Source: Trueperaceae bacterium (GTDB taxonomy: Bacteria; Deinococcota; Deinococci; Deinococcales; Trueperaceae). From it: a stretch of 64,000 bases of DNA. Below are positions 50,174 through 59,322 of the stretch, one piece after another. The stretch is from the NCBI GenBank assembly GCA_965215565.1, contig CBDCDZ010000004.1, positions 1,760,001 through 1,824,000 on the forward strand. The letters are read 5' to 3'. Position 1 is the first letter of the stretch; each line of letters begins with the position of its first letter. Position numbers and translations under genes: made by a program. The notes below the pieces were generated by a model. The model saw only the letters and a list, made by a program, of their open reading frames with translations, had not been told where the DNA came from and ran no database searches.

Positions 50174-50300
50174 ACGGCTCGCCTCATTGTTTGTTGAAGA
50201 GGTAAAGCGTCATTCATCGTTCCAGTAGTGTAACAGGACGAACTATGAAAAGGTGTTTCTTCTGCTGCGGAAGGTTCCCGCAGTGGGAAAGCGCAACTCG

Positions 50301-50673
50301 CTAAGTCTCACTTACAAGCTCGTCCTGCTCTAACCTTTTAAGCGCCTCTTCCCACGGAATGAGTTTAGCTTCACCGCGCTCGAGCCTCGCAAGACGCTCT
50401 TTAATGTCGGGATGGTCAGCGAGAATGGCTCTGGTTTCGGCTGAACTGCGCTCGAGTAAGATCATCAAAGGTTACGCTCTCCCCGGTAAGCTCTTCCAAA
50501 GCGTCCATAACGGCGCTCAGCGTACCTAAGTCGAGCCGTTTGACCTCACCTCTTGCAAGCGCGTAGATGCTACCACGCGCCACTTGACCTTCTGTTTTCT
50601 GCGCTAGCTTATAGGCGGTGAGGTCGTGCTCTTCTAAATATTCGTCCAAGGTGAGATATATAGAATCATTCAT
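50301..50673 (-). pseudogene. XRE-HTH antitoxin with an addiction-module tail; +1 frameshift near 50458
   Basis: HTH LDEYLEEHDLTAYKLA...LGTLSAVMDALE.LTG..VTFDDL continues in a shifted frame as LERSSAETRAILAD...GEAKLIPWEEALKRLEQDELVSET*; span 373 = 3n+1. May be an assembly error. Confidence 0.7.
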
Positions 50674-50775
50674 GGTGTGGGGCTCCTATCTACTTCCATT
50701 CAGCAGTAGTGTTTACAACTGTTCACTATTATACGGAATGTCTCATATTTTGTCAAAATGTAATAGTTCGTTTAT

Positions 50776-50804
50776 TTGACAATATTTTTACTAAAAAGTA
50801 TTAT
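50776..50804 (+). promoter_or_regulatory. Sigma70 promoter of relE (probably leaderless)
   Basis: TTGACA-N17-TATTAT, with the ATG 5 nt downstream. Confidence 0.7.
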
Positions 50805-50809
50805 TCGTC

Positions 50810-51115
50810 ATGTCTAAAAGGTTTCAAATCACCGTTACCGAAGAGGCACTAACTGACCTCTCCAGGATTAAAGATAGAAGCATTAGGGAGAGTATTCAGG
50901 CGAAGATAGGAGAACTTTTTACAGAACCTCATGAGCGGGGCAAACCTCTAACCGATGATCTCGCGGGCTACTACCGCGTCAAAGCGCGTGGTCGTTACCG
51001 CGTCATCTATCAAGTTGCCATGCTCGAGGAACTCGTCATCGTTGTAGTTGTCGGTATTCGTAAAGAAGGTGATAAGCGCGACGCTTACAGAGTGGCGAAA
51101 AAACGTCTACTGTAG
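50810..51115 (+). CDS. RelE/ParE-family toxin
   Basis: EALTDLSRI...GKPLTDDLAGYYRVKARGRYRVIY...VVVGIR. Confidence 0.92.
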   Translation: MSKRFQITVTEEALTDLSRIKDRSIRESIQAKIGELFTEPHERGKPLTDDLAGYYRVKARGRYRVIYQVAMLEELVIVVVVGIRKEGDKRDAYRVAKKRLL

Positions 51116-51209
51116 TTTATTTGCTCAAGTTCACAGGTGTTCCGTCAGAGAAATTTTTCCCCACCTCGAGAGGTGGGGACACGACAGTTTCAAGGTGTAA
51201 CGAAGAGAA

Positions 51210-51749
51210 TCAGTCCGCCGCCACCGCCCCCGGCGTCGCCTCACCTCTCGCCGGATAATCCTTCTCACATATAAAGTCAATGGCTTTAAGCATCTCATCA
51301 AGGTCAGGTCTGCCGAAGGGCATACTGTTCACCGCTGCGTAGTAAAGCTCTCCATTCGGGCGCACTAAAAAGAGCCCCGGCTCGCTGAACAGCTCGGGCT
51401 CGGGGTCTTTGATACCTTGACTGAAGTAGAGCCCCCAGTCCTGAGCTTGCGAGGCGCTAAGCCCGTAGCCGACGTTCAGATCACTCAGTTCCCACTCGTC
51501 CACGGTCTTCTTTGCGCGTTCTTCGTCGTCCATGCTGAGTGCGACGACTTCGACGCCGCGCTCGGCGTAATCACCGAGCAAATTCTGCGCCTTCTGTGAG
51601 TAGCCTTTGCAGACCGGGCAGTGCAAGCCTCGGTAGAAGATGACCATCGTAAAGGTTTCGGGCGACTGGTCTTTTAGGTTCCAAGTTTCACCGCTGATAA
51701 GGTTGAATGAGAGATTGGGCGCGTCCTGACGTGGCGTTGGCTGGTTCAT
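51210..51749 (-). CDS. Peroxiredoxin-like AhpC/TSA protein
   Basis: FYRGLHCPVC, FSEPGLFLVRP, MPFGRP. Confidence 0.9.
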   Translation of the reverse strand: MNQPTPRQDAPNLSFNLISGETWNLKDQSPETFTMVIFYRGLHCPVCKGYSQKAQNLLGDYAERGVEVVALSMDDEERAKKTVDEWELSDLNVGYGLSASQAQDWGLYFSQGIKDPEPELFSEPGLFLVRPNGELYYAAVNSMPFGRPDLDEMLKAIDFICEKDYPARGEATPGAVAAD

Positions 51750-51856
51750 CTTTTCCCCCTGACTCGAGCTTGTAACGTTTCGCTGACCTCTCTAGCGTAG
51801 TCGGCAGCGTGACAAAAGACCTTGCCTCATCCGACAATATCGGGGTGAAAGGGTTT

Positions 51857-52036
51857 TCAAAGCGCGAAGAGCGCCGACACGCCGACAATCACGAAGCTCA
51901 AAATAGCGAGCAAAAAGCCGTGCAGGATAATTTTGGGGTAGCGCTCGCGCACGCCCTCGAAGATGGCAAGCGTAACCATCAAGACACCGACTAAAAAGAC
52001 AAGGGAACTGATAAAGAGGACGCGCTCGGGAATCAT
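51857..52036 (-). CDS. 59-aa two-TM membrane protein (absent from the ORF track)
   Basis: MIPERVLFISSLVFLVGVLMVTLAIFEGVRERYPKIILHGFLLAILSFVIVGVSALFAL; ATG 1 nt after the upstream stop. Confidence 0.65.
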   Translation of the reverse strand: MIPERVLFISSLVFLVGVLMVTLAIFEGVRERYPKIILHGFLLAILSFVIVGVSALFAL

Positions 52037-52037
52037 C

Positions 52038-52289
52038 TTAGGTGAAAGGTGAGTTTAGCTCGAGGCTAGAATTGGGTGTTTGACTGTCCGGCACGGGCTC
52101 GGAGTTTTGAGCGGGTACCACGAGCGCGACTCCGACAAGGAGGATGAGAATGCCCACCATCAAGGTGCCGAAGCGTCCGAGAAAGCCTTTTTGTTGGTCC
52201 GCGCCCTCGTGCGTACTGCGGCGAATGCCGAGGAAGAGAAAGTAGCCGCCGACGAGAAGAACGGCGACGCCTATGAGTGTTTGTATCAT
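52038..52289 (-). CDS. Small two-TM membrane protein
   Basis: GGAGG upstream of MIQTLIG; two hydrophobic helices. Confidence 0.6.
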   Translation of the reverse strand: MIQTLIGVAVLLVGGYFLFLGIRRSTHEGADQQKGFLGRFGTLMVGILILLVGVALVVPAQNSEPVPDSQTPNSSLELNSPFT

Positions 52290-52477
52290 CGTGCCCTCCA
52301 CCTCCATTATGACGTGCACGCCAAGGATGAAAATGCGTGGTGTAGCGCGTTCTTGCAAGTCGAACACTTGCGATTTTTACTCATCGCTCGTTCCTCATCA
52401 CTCGTTGCTTCTTTTGAGCGCTACGAAAAATATGTCGAGATTGAGTGGCAGAAGGCTCGAGCGGTTAAACTAAAGAG

Positions 52478-52795
52478 GTGCAAAGTCAAGCGAGCTTCCG
52501 CGAACGTGTGATTGCGCTCGTGTGCGCCGTGCCAGCGGGCAAGGTAGCAACGTACGGTCAGATTGCGCTTTTAGCGGGCAACCCGAGGGCGGCGCGGCAA
52601 GTTGGCGGCGTGCTCCACGGTTTACGTGAAAGCGAAGTGCCCTGGCAGCGCATCATCAACGCGCAGGGGGGTATCTCGACGTATAAGGTCGGCGCGGGCG
52701 AGTTGCAGCGGGCGCTTTTGGAGTCGGAGGGCGTCACCTTTGACGGAGAAGGGCGTTGCGACTTGGAGCGCTACCGCTGGTCAGAACCGAGTTGA
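52478..52795 (+). CDS. Alkyltransferase-like protein (ATL, MGMT family)
   Basis: VPAGKVATYGQIA...ARQVG...VPWQRIIN, with Trp in place of the acceptor Cys. Confidence 0.92.
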   Translation: MQSQASFRERVIALVCAVPAGKVATYGQIALLAGNPRAARQVGGVLHGLRESEVPWQRIINAQGGISTYKVGAGELQRALLESEGVTFDGEGRCDLERYRWSEPS

Positions 52796-52801
52796 GCCGC
52801 C

Positions 52802-53770
52802 TTAGTCCGCCGCTTGGCGAACCGCCTCGTCAGCGCCCGTCCTGGGCTCGTAATAGTCAGGCACGAGTACCTTGACGCCGTTCGGCACCACCTCGACTTC
52901 CAGAGGCGTCTGCCCGAGTGGATCGCCGTCGATCTGGGTGGGCAGCGGCGTTTCGGCGCTGATACGTATCTTACGCCCCTTGTAGTAGCGCAAATCGCGG
53001 TAGTTGGAGAAGTCGCCGCGCAGCACGCGCCAGGTGAGCCGCAAGATGTCGCGCAGCCCTACTGAAGCGACGACGACCACGTCGAGTGTTCCGTCGTGAT
53101 GCCAGATGTCTGGACCCAACATGACATTGGCGTCGTCGATGCGCCCGACGTTCGCCACCATCGCCGTGTGCGCTTGCACCTTTTTGACTTCGCCGTCGAT
53201 CTCTAAGGTGATGTTCGTCTTGCGCAAGCTGAAAAGCTGCTTGACGCCGACGAGCACGTAAGCGATGAAGCCGAGCCGCCGCTTGAGGCTGCGCGGCGAG
53301 TCCTCGATGATGTGCGCGTCGTAGCCTGCGCCGATGATGAGCGCGAAGTAGCGGTTGTGTTGGGGCAAGTAGCCGACATCTAGGTCAACCGTCTTGCTCT
53401 GACCGCCGAAGATGACCTCGACAGCTTTGTCCAAGTTACGCGAGATGCTGAGCGCCTGCGCGATGAGGCTCGCCGTACCGGTAGGAAGCTGCGCGAGCGG
53501 GATGCTGCTTTCACCCTGAATAAGCCCCGTGATCGCCTCAACGATGGTGCCGTCGCCGCCCGAGGCAAGTACCAAATCAAAGCCTTCGCGCTCGGCTCCT
53601 TTAGCCCACTTCAGGGCGTCGCCGTCGCCTTGGGTACGGCGGACCTCAATGTCGACGCCAGCCTCCCGTGCTCGCTCCTGGAGCATCGCTTCGGTGTCGT
53701 TGGGGTCTTGAAGTCCAGACACCGGGTTGATAATCGCCAGGATGCGCCGATAAGACGTGTGCTTAGCCAT
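52802..53770 (-). CDS. YegS/diacylglycerol kinase-family lipid kinase
   Basis: INPVSG, SGGDGT, PTGTA, QIDGD. Confidence 0.92.
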   Translation of the reverse strand: MAKHTSYRRILAIINPVSGLQDPNDTEAMLQERAREAGVDIEVRRTQGDGDALKWAKGAEREGFDLVLASGGDGTIVEAITGLIQGESSIPLAQLPTGTASLIAQALSISRNLDKAVEVIFGGQSKTVDLDVGYLPQHNRYFALIIGAGYDAHIIEDSPRSLKRRLGFIAYVLVGVKQLFSLRKTNITLEIDGEVKKVQAHTAMVANVGRIDDANVMLGPDIWHHDGTLDVVVVASVGLRDILRLTWRVLRGDFSNYRDLRYYKGRKIRISAETPLPTQIDGDPLGQTPLEVEVVPNGVKVLVPDYYEPRTGADEAVRQAAD

Positions 53771-53836
53771 GACCTCACTATGACACATTGATATGTTGAG
53801 ACCTTGAAAGTTGGTTGAAGACACGAAAGTACAGTA

Positions 53837-54710
53837 GACCTCTTGCAAAAGTAGACATATAGCTGCAAAGTAAGGCTATGCGATACGAAGAGATTAGAGG
53901 ACTAGCGCCAGAAGGGTTCAGACGTTTGACAGGCGTCAAGCCTGGTGTGTTCAAACAGATGCTCGACGTTCTAGGAGAAGCTGAACGGCAGAAGAAGAAG
54001 GCGGGACGCACAAGCAAACTCAGCTTGGAGGACAAACTGCTCTTAGCGCTGTCGTACTGGCGCGAATACAGGACGCAGTTTCATATTGCGGCGAGTTACG
54101 GACTGCACGAGTCCACAGCGAACCGGATCATCACACGGATTGAAGACGTACTCATCGCTTCAGGCAAGTTCAGCTTACCTAAAAGGCGCGAGGTGGAAGA
54201 GATTGAGTGGACTGTCGTCTTGATTGATGTCACCGAGACGCCTATTGAGAAGCCCAAAAAAAGGAGCGACGTTACTTTAGCGGAAAAAAGCAGCGCCACA
54301 CGCTGAAGAGTCAAGTGCTGGTAGACGCAAGTGACACGAGGATTCTTTCAACAGCCCACGCCAAAGGTCCCAAGCACGACTACAAGCTGTTCAAAGAAAC
54401 AGCCCCTAGGTGTAAACCTGAAGTCTGGTACGTCGCTGATAGCGGCTATCAAGGCTTAGCAACGCGTCATCCACAGACCTGCTTGCCCGTCAAAAAGCCT
54501 AAGGGCGGTGAGCTTAGTGATGAAGCCAAACAACACAACCGCGCTCTAGGACGCTTCCGCATCGCGGTAGAACATGTGATTCGTTCGCTCAAGATCTGGC
54601 GTATCCTCAAAGAAACTTACCGTAATAGGCGCAAGCGCTTCTCCTTACGCTTCAACCTCATCGCCGGGCTCATCAACGCCAACCTCGATTCATGACTTTT
54701 GCAAGAGGTC
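53837..54710 (+). mobile_element. IS5-family (ISL2/IS702-like) insertion sequence, 874 bp
   Basis: 16-bp TIRs GACCTCTTGCAAAAGT / ACTTTTGCAAGAGGTC flanked by TA; encloses the transposase ORFs. Confidence 0.93.
53878..54695 (+). CDS. DDE transposase made by -1 frameshift at A7 (54256-54262)
   Basis: orfA FRRLTGVK...YWREYRT...IDVTETPIEKPKK; -1 frame ERRYFSGKK.RHTLK...ADSGYQG...RIAVEHVIR. Confidence 0.9.
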
Positions 54711-54884
54711 TAGTAGTCGGCGGTCAGAATTCAGCAGTCAGTAGCCCTCTCTATGCTGACTACTGAATCCCGACGACTGACTACGCCAGCCCATCCTTTG
54801 CTGGTGTACTTAACCGACTTTCCGTTCAATCTCCACTACCTCGTTCCGGGAGCTAGCGCGAGAGTTTTCTCGTATGATGGGCTT

Positions 54885-56033
54885 ATGACGACATCAAGCG
54901 CTGAACTCCAGTTGGCACAAAAACTCGTCCAGGCGGCGAGTCCTTCAGGCAAAGAGTCGCCCGCCGCGCAGGTACTCATAGAAGCGTTCGAGGAACTAGG
55001 CTTCGACGAGGCGTATATCGACAACGCGGGCAACGCCGTCGGCACGCTTCTACGCGGCGACGGTCCTACGGTCATGCTGAACGGTCACATCGACACCGTA
55101 CCCTTAGGCGACGAGGAATTATGGCCGCATCCGCCCCTGTCGGGCGACATTGTAGACGGGCGCATGTGGGGACGCGGCGCGTGCGATATGAAGTCCGCAC
55201 TGGCGTGTATGGTCTACGCGGCGAAAGATGTCGCGGACGAGATTCAGGGCACGCTGATGGTCACGGGCGTCGTGCAAGAAGAGGTCGGCGGTTTAGGCGC
55301 ACGCTTTCTAGGCGAGACGGTGCAAACCGACGTGGTGATTTTAGGCGAGCCGAGCAAGATGCGGCTCATGCTAGGACATCGCGGGCGCGTCGAGGTCGAG
55401 GTCAAGTTGCCCGGCAAGATCGCGCACGCGGCGAAAAATGAACTCGGCGACAACGCGCTCTACCACGCCTCGCACCTCTTGTCGCGCTTAGAGGGGCTCG
55501 AGCTACCCTCCGGTGGTCCGCTAGGCTCCTCCACCCTCACGCCCACCTTCCTCACCTCTTACCCGCAAGACGGTAAAAACGTCGTGCCGGGTCACGCCGA
55601 GCTGACCATCGACTACCGCAACCTCCCCGATGACGAGCCTGAAGCGGTCTTGAAACGCCTGCAAGCCTTGGAGCCCAACGCAAGCTTCCACATCCCCACC
55701 GAAAACGCTGTGAGCGAAAGCGAAGAGGTCCACTACGAGTTCCCGCGCATCATCCCGCCCTACCTCGCGCCAGGCGAAAACGCGCACGTCAACACGGCGC
55801 GGCAGGTTTTGAAAGAGGTCTTGAAGGGGGAGGAGATCGAATACGCCGAATCAACCTGGTGGTTCGGCACGGACGCGCCGCACCTAGCCAAGATGGGCGC
55901 GGTCGTCGTCGGCTTTGGTCCCGGCGAAGAAGAACTCGCGCACACGACGCAAGAGAGCATCCCGCTGGAGCACCTTCGTGTTGCCCGAAAAGGATACGCC
56001 GCGCTCGTTCGCGCGTATATGGGTCGCCGATGA
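54885..56033 (+). CDS. M20 metallopeptidase/deacylase (ArgE/DapE family)
   Basis: NGHIDTV, GRGACDMK, QEEVGG, GEPS, GPGEEELAH. Confidence 0.92.
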   Translation: MTTSSAELQLAQKLVQAASPSGKESPAAQVLIEAFEELGFDEAYIDNAGNAVGTLLRGDGPTVMLNGHIDTVPLGDEELWPHPPLSGDIVDGRMWGRGACDMKSALACMVYAAKDVADEIQGTLMVTGVVQEEVGGLGARFLGETVQTDVVILGEPSKMRLMLGHRGRVEVEVKLPGKIAHAAKNELGDNALYHASHLLSRLEGLELPSGGPLGSSTLTPTFLTSYPQDGKNVVPGHAELTIDYRNLPDDEPEAVLKRLQALEPNASFHIPTENAVSESEEVHYEFPRIIPPYLAPGENAHVNTARQVLKEVLKGEEIEYAESTWWFGTDAPHLAKMGAVVVGFGPGEEELAHTTQESIPLEHLRVARKGYAALVRAYMGRR

Positions 56034-56386
56034 AGGGGGAAACTACACTCATTAACGGAGACACCTGGACTGTCGTAGACGTTGCGCCCGCCGAACCGCT
56101 TGCGGAGATGGTGGCGGCGATTTTAGAGGAAGAGGGCTTTGTGACGATAGTGCGCGGTGCGGGAGGGGTAGCGGCGGATATGCTGTCGTCCTTAGGTGCT
56201 TACACAACGGAGACCACGCTCGTGCTCGTACCCGAAGCGCAGGCGCAAGCCGCGCTAGACCTCATCGCGGAGACGGTGACGGACTATGAGGGGGAGGAGT
56301 TAGATGTGCTTTTGGAGGAGATGGCGAGTCTGGAGGGGGACACGGGAGAATTTGAAGAGGTTGAGGAGGGTCCGAGCGAGCGCTAG
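56030..56386 (+). CDS. DUF2007-like hypothetical protein
   Basis: AEMVAAILEEEGF...VLVPEAQAQAA; ATGA overlap with the upstream gene. Confidence 0.7.
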   Translation: MKGETTLINGDTWTVVDVAPAEPLAEMVAAILEEEGFVTIVRGAGGVAADMLSSLGAYTTETTLVLVPEAQAQAALDLIAETVTDYEGEELDVLLEEMASLEGDTGEFEEVEEGPSER

Positions 56387-56434
56387 TTGAGCGAAACTTC
56401 TTCCAACTTCGCACCTAGGCGTTATAATACTGTT

Positions 56435-56710
56435 GTGGAATTCGATTGGGACGACGGTAAAGCAACATCCAATCAAGCTAAACACGATTTCAGTTTTGAA
56501 GAAGCTAAGTCTGTCTTTTCCAATCCTCTAGCTGTTATTTTTGGCGACGAAGCGCACTCGGACGAGGAAAACCGCGAAATTATCATCGGTCATTCTCAGA
56601 AAGGCCGTTTGCTACTCGTTAGCTTCACTGAACGCTTAGAGCGAATCCATATTATCAGCGTAAGGAAAGCCACGCGAAACGAGAGAAAGGATTATGAACA
56701 TGCCTTCTGA
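56435..56710 (+). CDS. BrnT-family toxin
   Basis: EFDWDDGKATSNQAKHDFSFEEA...IISVRKATRNERKDY. Confidence 0.93.
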   Translation: MEFDWDDGKATSNQAKHDFSFEEAKSVFSNPLAVIFGDEAHSDEENREIIIGHSQKGRLLLVSFTERLERIHIISVRKATRNERKDYEHAF

Positions 56711-56900
56711 CAAAGATGACCTTTTACCCGAATACGAGTTCGATTACAGCAACGCCAAACCCAACCGTTTCGCCGTGGGTGAACGCACCGTGGTTGTGCT
56801 CGACGAAGACTTGTCGGAAGTGTTCAAAACGTCCGAATCGGTCAACAAAGCCCTGCGAGCCCTGCTCGAGGCTATGCCGCCCGATTCCACCGCCGCTTAA
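56694..56900 (+). CDS. BrnA-like antitoxin
   Basis: DDLLPEYEFDYSNAKPNRF...LDEDL..VF.TSESVNKALRAL; overlaps brnT. Confidence 0.85.
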   Translation: MNMPSDKDDLLPEYEFDYSNAKPNRFAVGERTVVVLDEDLSEVFKTSESVNKALRALLEAMPPDSTAA

Positions 56901-56938
56901 CTCGGTATTACCGAGCCCCACATTACTAAATTAAACTG

Positions 56939-57520
56939 ATGACCCAGTTCGACTTCATCGGTACTCAACCTGACTTAGCCAACCTCTCTATCGACGGTGA
57001 GCGCATCCGCTTAGTCAGCATCTCGAGAGCTTACGAGCAAGACATCTTCGAGGAATTCACGAGCGACGTCGCGACATATATGATTCCTAAAGCTGCCGAA
57101 ACCATCGAAGAGACGCGGGCGTTTATCGACTCGAGCCTCGAGGGGTTTACCAGAGCAGACAACCTCGTCTTCGTCATCTTGGATAAGCAGACGGACGAGT
57201 TTTTGGGCTGCTGCGGCTTGCACGGGCGCGGCGACGTGAAAAACCCCGAGTTCGGCATCTGGCTCAAGAGGTTGGCGCACGGCAGAGGGTTGGGGCGGGA
57301 GGTGATTCGCACCCTCGCGCTGTGGGCGCAGGAGCATATTAAGCTCGAGTCGTTCATTTATCCGGTGGATAAGCGCAACATGTCGAGCCGAAAGATTCCT
57401 GAATCTCTGGGCGGTGTTATCTTTGCAGAAGGAATTGATGAGGGGATGGCGGGTAATGTGCTGGAAGAGGTCGTGTATAGGATTGCTGTGCCGGTGAGCT
57501 TGAGTGCCAAACTTAATTAA
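56939..57520 (+). CDS. GNAT N-acetyltransferase (RimJ/RimL-like)
   Basis: FLGCCGLH, EFGIWL, HGRGLGRE, NMSSRKIPESLG. Confidence 0.88.
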   Translation: MTQFDFIGTQPDLANLSIDGERIRLVSISRAYEQDIFEEFTSDVATYMIPKAAETIEETRAFIDSSLEGFTRADNLVFVILDKQTDEFLGCCGLHGRGDVKNPEFGIWLKRLAHGRGLGREVIRTLALWAQEHIKLESFIYPVDKRNMSSRKIPESLGGVIFAEGIDEGMAGNVLEEVVYRIAVPVSLSAKLN

Positions 57521-57542
57521 GTTCTTCTGCTAAAATTATTCG

Positions 57543-58121
57543 GTGTTTCGTCTTGACTTTCCGATTTACACAGAACGACTTCTTTTGCGACCATTCAAAG
57601 GAAACGATTTTGATGATGTTTTTGCCTACTACTCGCAATCTGATGTTGCGAAGTACCTTTACTGGAACGCTCGAGACGAGGACGAAACGAAAGAAGCCTT
57701 GAAACAAAGAATGCGAGATGTCGAATTTGTACGTGAAGGTGACGCGCTATGCCTAGCTGTCGTTCTTGAAACTATTCAGAAAGTTATCGGTGAAGTCACG
57801 CTGTTCTGGCGCAGCGAAAAGCATCGGCAGGGCGAAATTGGCTTTATCTTCAACCCTCAGTTCAGTGGGTACGGTTATGCCACGGAAGCAAGCAAGGTTC
57901 TACTCGAAATTGGTTTTGAGAAGATGAAATTACACCGCATGTACGGCAGATGCGATGCTCGAAACGTAGCATCTTACAAACTGATGGAAAGGCTCAATAT
58001 GCGGCGCGAAGCACACCTAATTCATAACGAGCGGTTCAAGGGTGAGTGGGGCGACGAGCTGATTTACGCTTTGTTACAAACAGAGTGGGAAAGTCGTGAT
58101 GCGTCTATTTGCGGGTCTTGA
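57543..58121 (+). CDS. GNAT N-acetyltransferase (RimJ/RimL-like)
   Basis: TERLLLRPF, GEIGF, GYGYATEA, RNVASYKLMERL. Confidence 0.92.
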   Translation: MFRLDFPIYTERLLLRPFKGNDFDDVFAYYSQSDVAKYLYWNARDEDETKEALKQRMRDVEFVREGDALCLAVVLETIQKVIGEVTLFWRSEKHRQGEIGFIFNPQFSGYGYATEASKVLLEIGFEKMKLHRMYGRCDARNVASYKLMERLNMRREAHLIHNERFKGEWGDELIYALLQTEWESRDASICGS

Positions 58122-58202
58122 TTAGACGCTGTAACAGGCGTTGAACCGATTTATGGAGGTCGAAAGTTCAGCCTACTTTCACGCCTTTAGGCTAATTTCG
58201 CT

Positions 58203-59264
58203 TCAATTATCCTCTTGCATCCGCGCAAAAATCATCCGCCCCATGTTGGTCTGCAAATTACTCGTCACGACAGTCTGCACCGTATTTCCGACAAGATGCG
58301 CTGAATCTTCCACCACGACCATCGTGCCGTCTTCTAAGTAGGCGAGCCCCTGCCCCGGCTCACGTCCCGCCCGGACGATGTGCAAGGCGAGCAGTTCGCC
58401 CGGCAGATAACTCGCTTTAACGGCGTTGGCGAGTTGATTGACGTTCAAGACCTTGACGCCTTGTAGCGCGGCGACACGGTTGAGGTTGAAGTCCGTGGTG
58501 ATGAGGTCCGCGTTTCTCTCTAAGCAGAGCTTGACGAGCTTGGCGTCCACTTCAGGAACGTCTGCGAAGTCGTCCGAGACAACCTCCGCGCTGACGCTGC
58601 GCCCCTGCACGAGCCTATCGAGCATGTCCAGACCTCTTCGTCCGCGTTTGCGGCGTAAGGGGTCGTCGGAGTCGGCGATGTGTTGCAGTTCGCCCAGCAC
58701 GAAATGAGGAATGAGCAGGCGGCTGTCGATGAAGTTGGCTTCGGCGACGTCGACGATGCGTCCGTCGATAATGGCGGAGGTGTCCACGACTTTGGCGAAG
58801 GTGTTGGCAAATGGTTGTGTGGGCGCGGAAGAGGTGGCGGAGGTAGAAGGCTCGAGCAGCCGCTGCCCCGCAAAAAGCTGCCGGTTCACTACGAAAAACC
58901 ATGAGGACGCCGTGACGAGCACGAGCGCGATCAGGAGCGAGAAGTACCAGGTAAAGCCGGGGATAGATTCTAAAACGCTGTTGAGCAACACGGTGATGAG
59001 GAGCGCCACCGTCGCACCGACGCCCGCCGCGAGAATGGCGTCCGGTGGAATACGTTTGACGCGCCCCGACAAACGCTGCCAGACCACGACCCAACGCCGC
59101 GCAATAGGCGGGCTGACGAGGTAGCCGATGAGTAGGCCCGCTAGCGTGAGGTAGACGAGGTTGATAGGACCGCTCAGCACCTCTCTATCCGCGAGCCACT
59201 GCGCGAGCACAAGCCCCGCCACCGCGCCCAAGAGACTGAGAAGACCTCTAGCTAGAAGATACAT
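58203..59264 (-). CDS. PIN/TRAM membrane protein (YacL-like)
   Basis: 4 TMs, VDTSAIIDGRI, ELQHIADS.D..RRKRGRRGLD, AYLEDGTMVVVE; downstream of radA. Confidence 0.95.
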   Translation of the reverse strand: MYLLARGLLSLLGAVAGLVLAQWLADREVLSGPINLVYLTLAGLLIGYLVSPPIARRWVVVWQRLSGRVKRIPPDAILAAGVGATVALLITVLLNSVLESIPGFTWYFSLLIALVLVTASSWFFVVNRQLFAGQRLLEPSTSATSSAPTQPFANTFAKVVDTSAIIDGRIVDVAEANFIDSRLLIPHFVLGELQHIADSDDPLRRKRGRRGLDMLDRLVQGRSVSAEVVSDDFADVPEVDAKLVKLCLERNADLITTDFNLNRVAALQGVKVLNVNQLANAVKASYLPGELLALHIVRAGREPGQGLAYLEDGTMVVVEDSAHLVGNTVQTVVTSNLQTNMGRMIFARMQEDN

Positions 59265-59322
59265 CGCCCACTACCATACAGGATAGGACCCTGGAAACGG
59301 TGCAAAAAGAGTACACCTGTCT

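Noticed and set aside
54256..54262. Transposase as a pseudogene
   Set aside because: The split at an A7 run with a -1 shift is the usual programmed frameshift of this IS5 subgroup.
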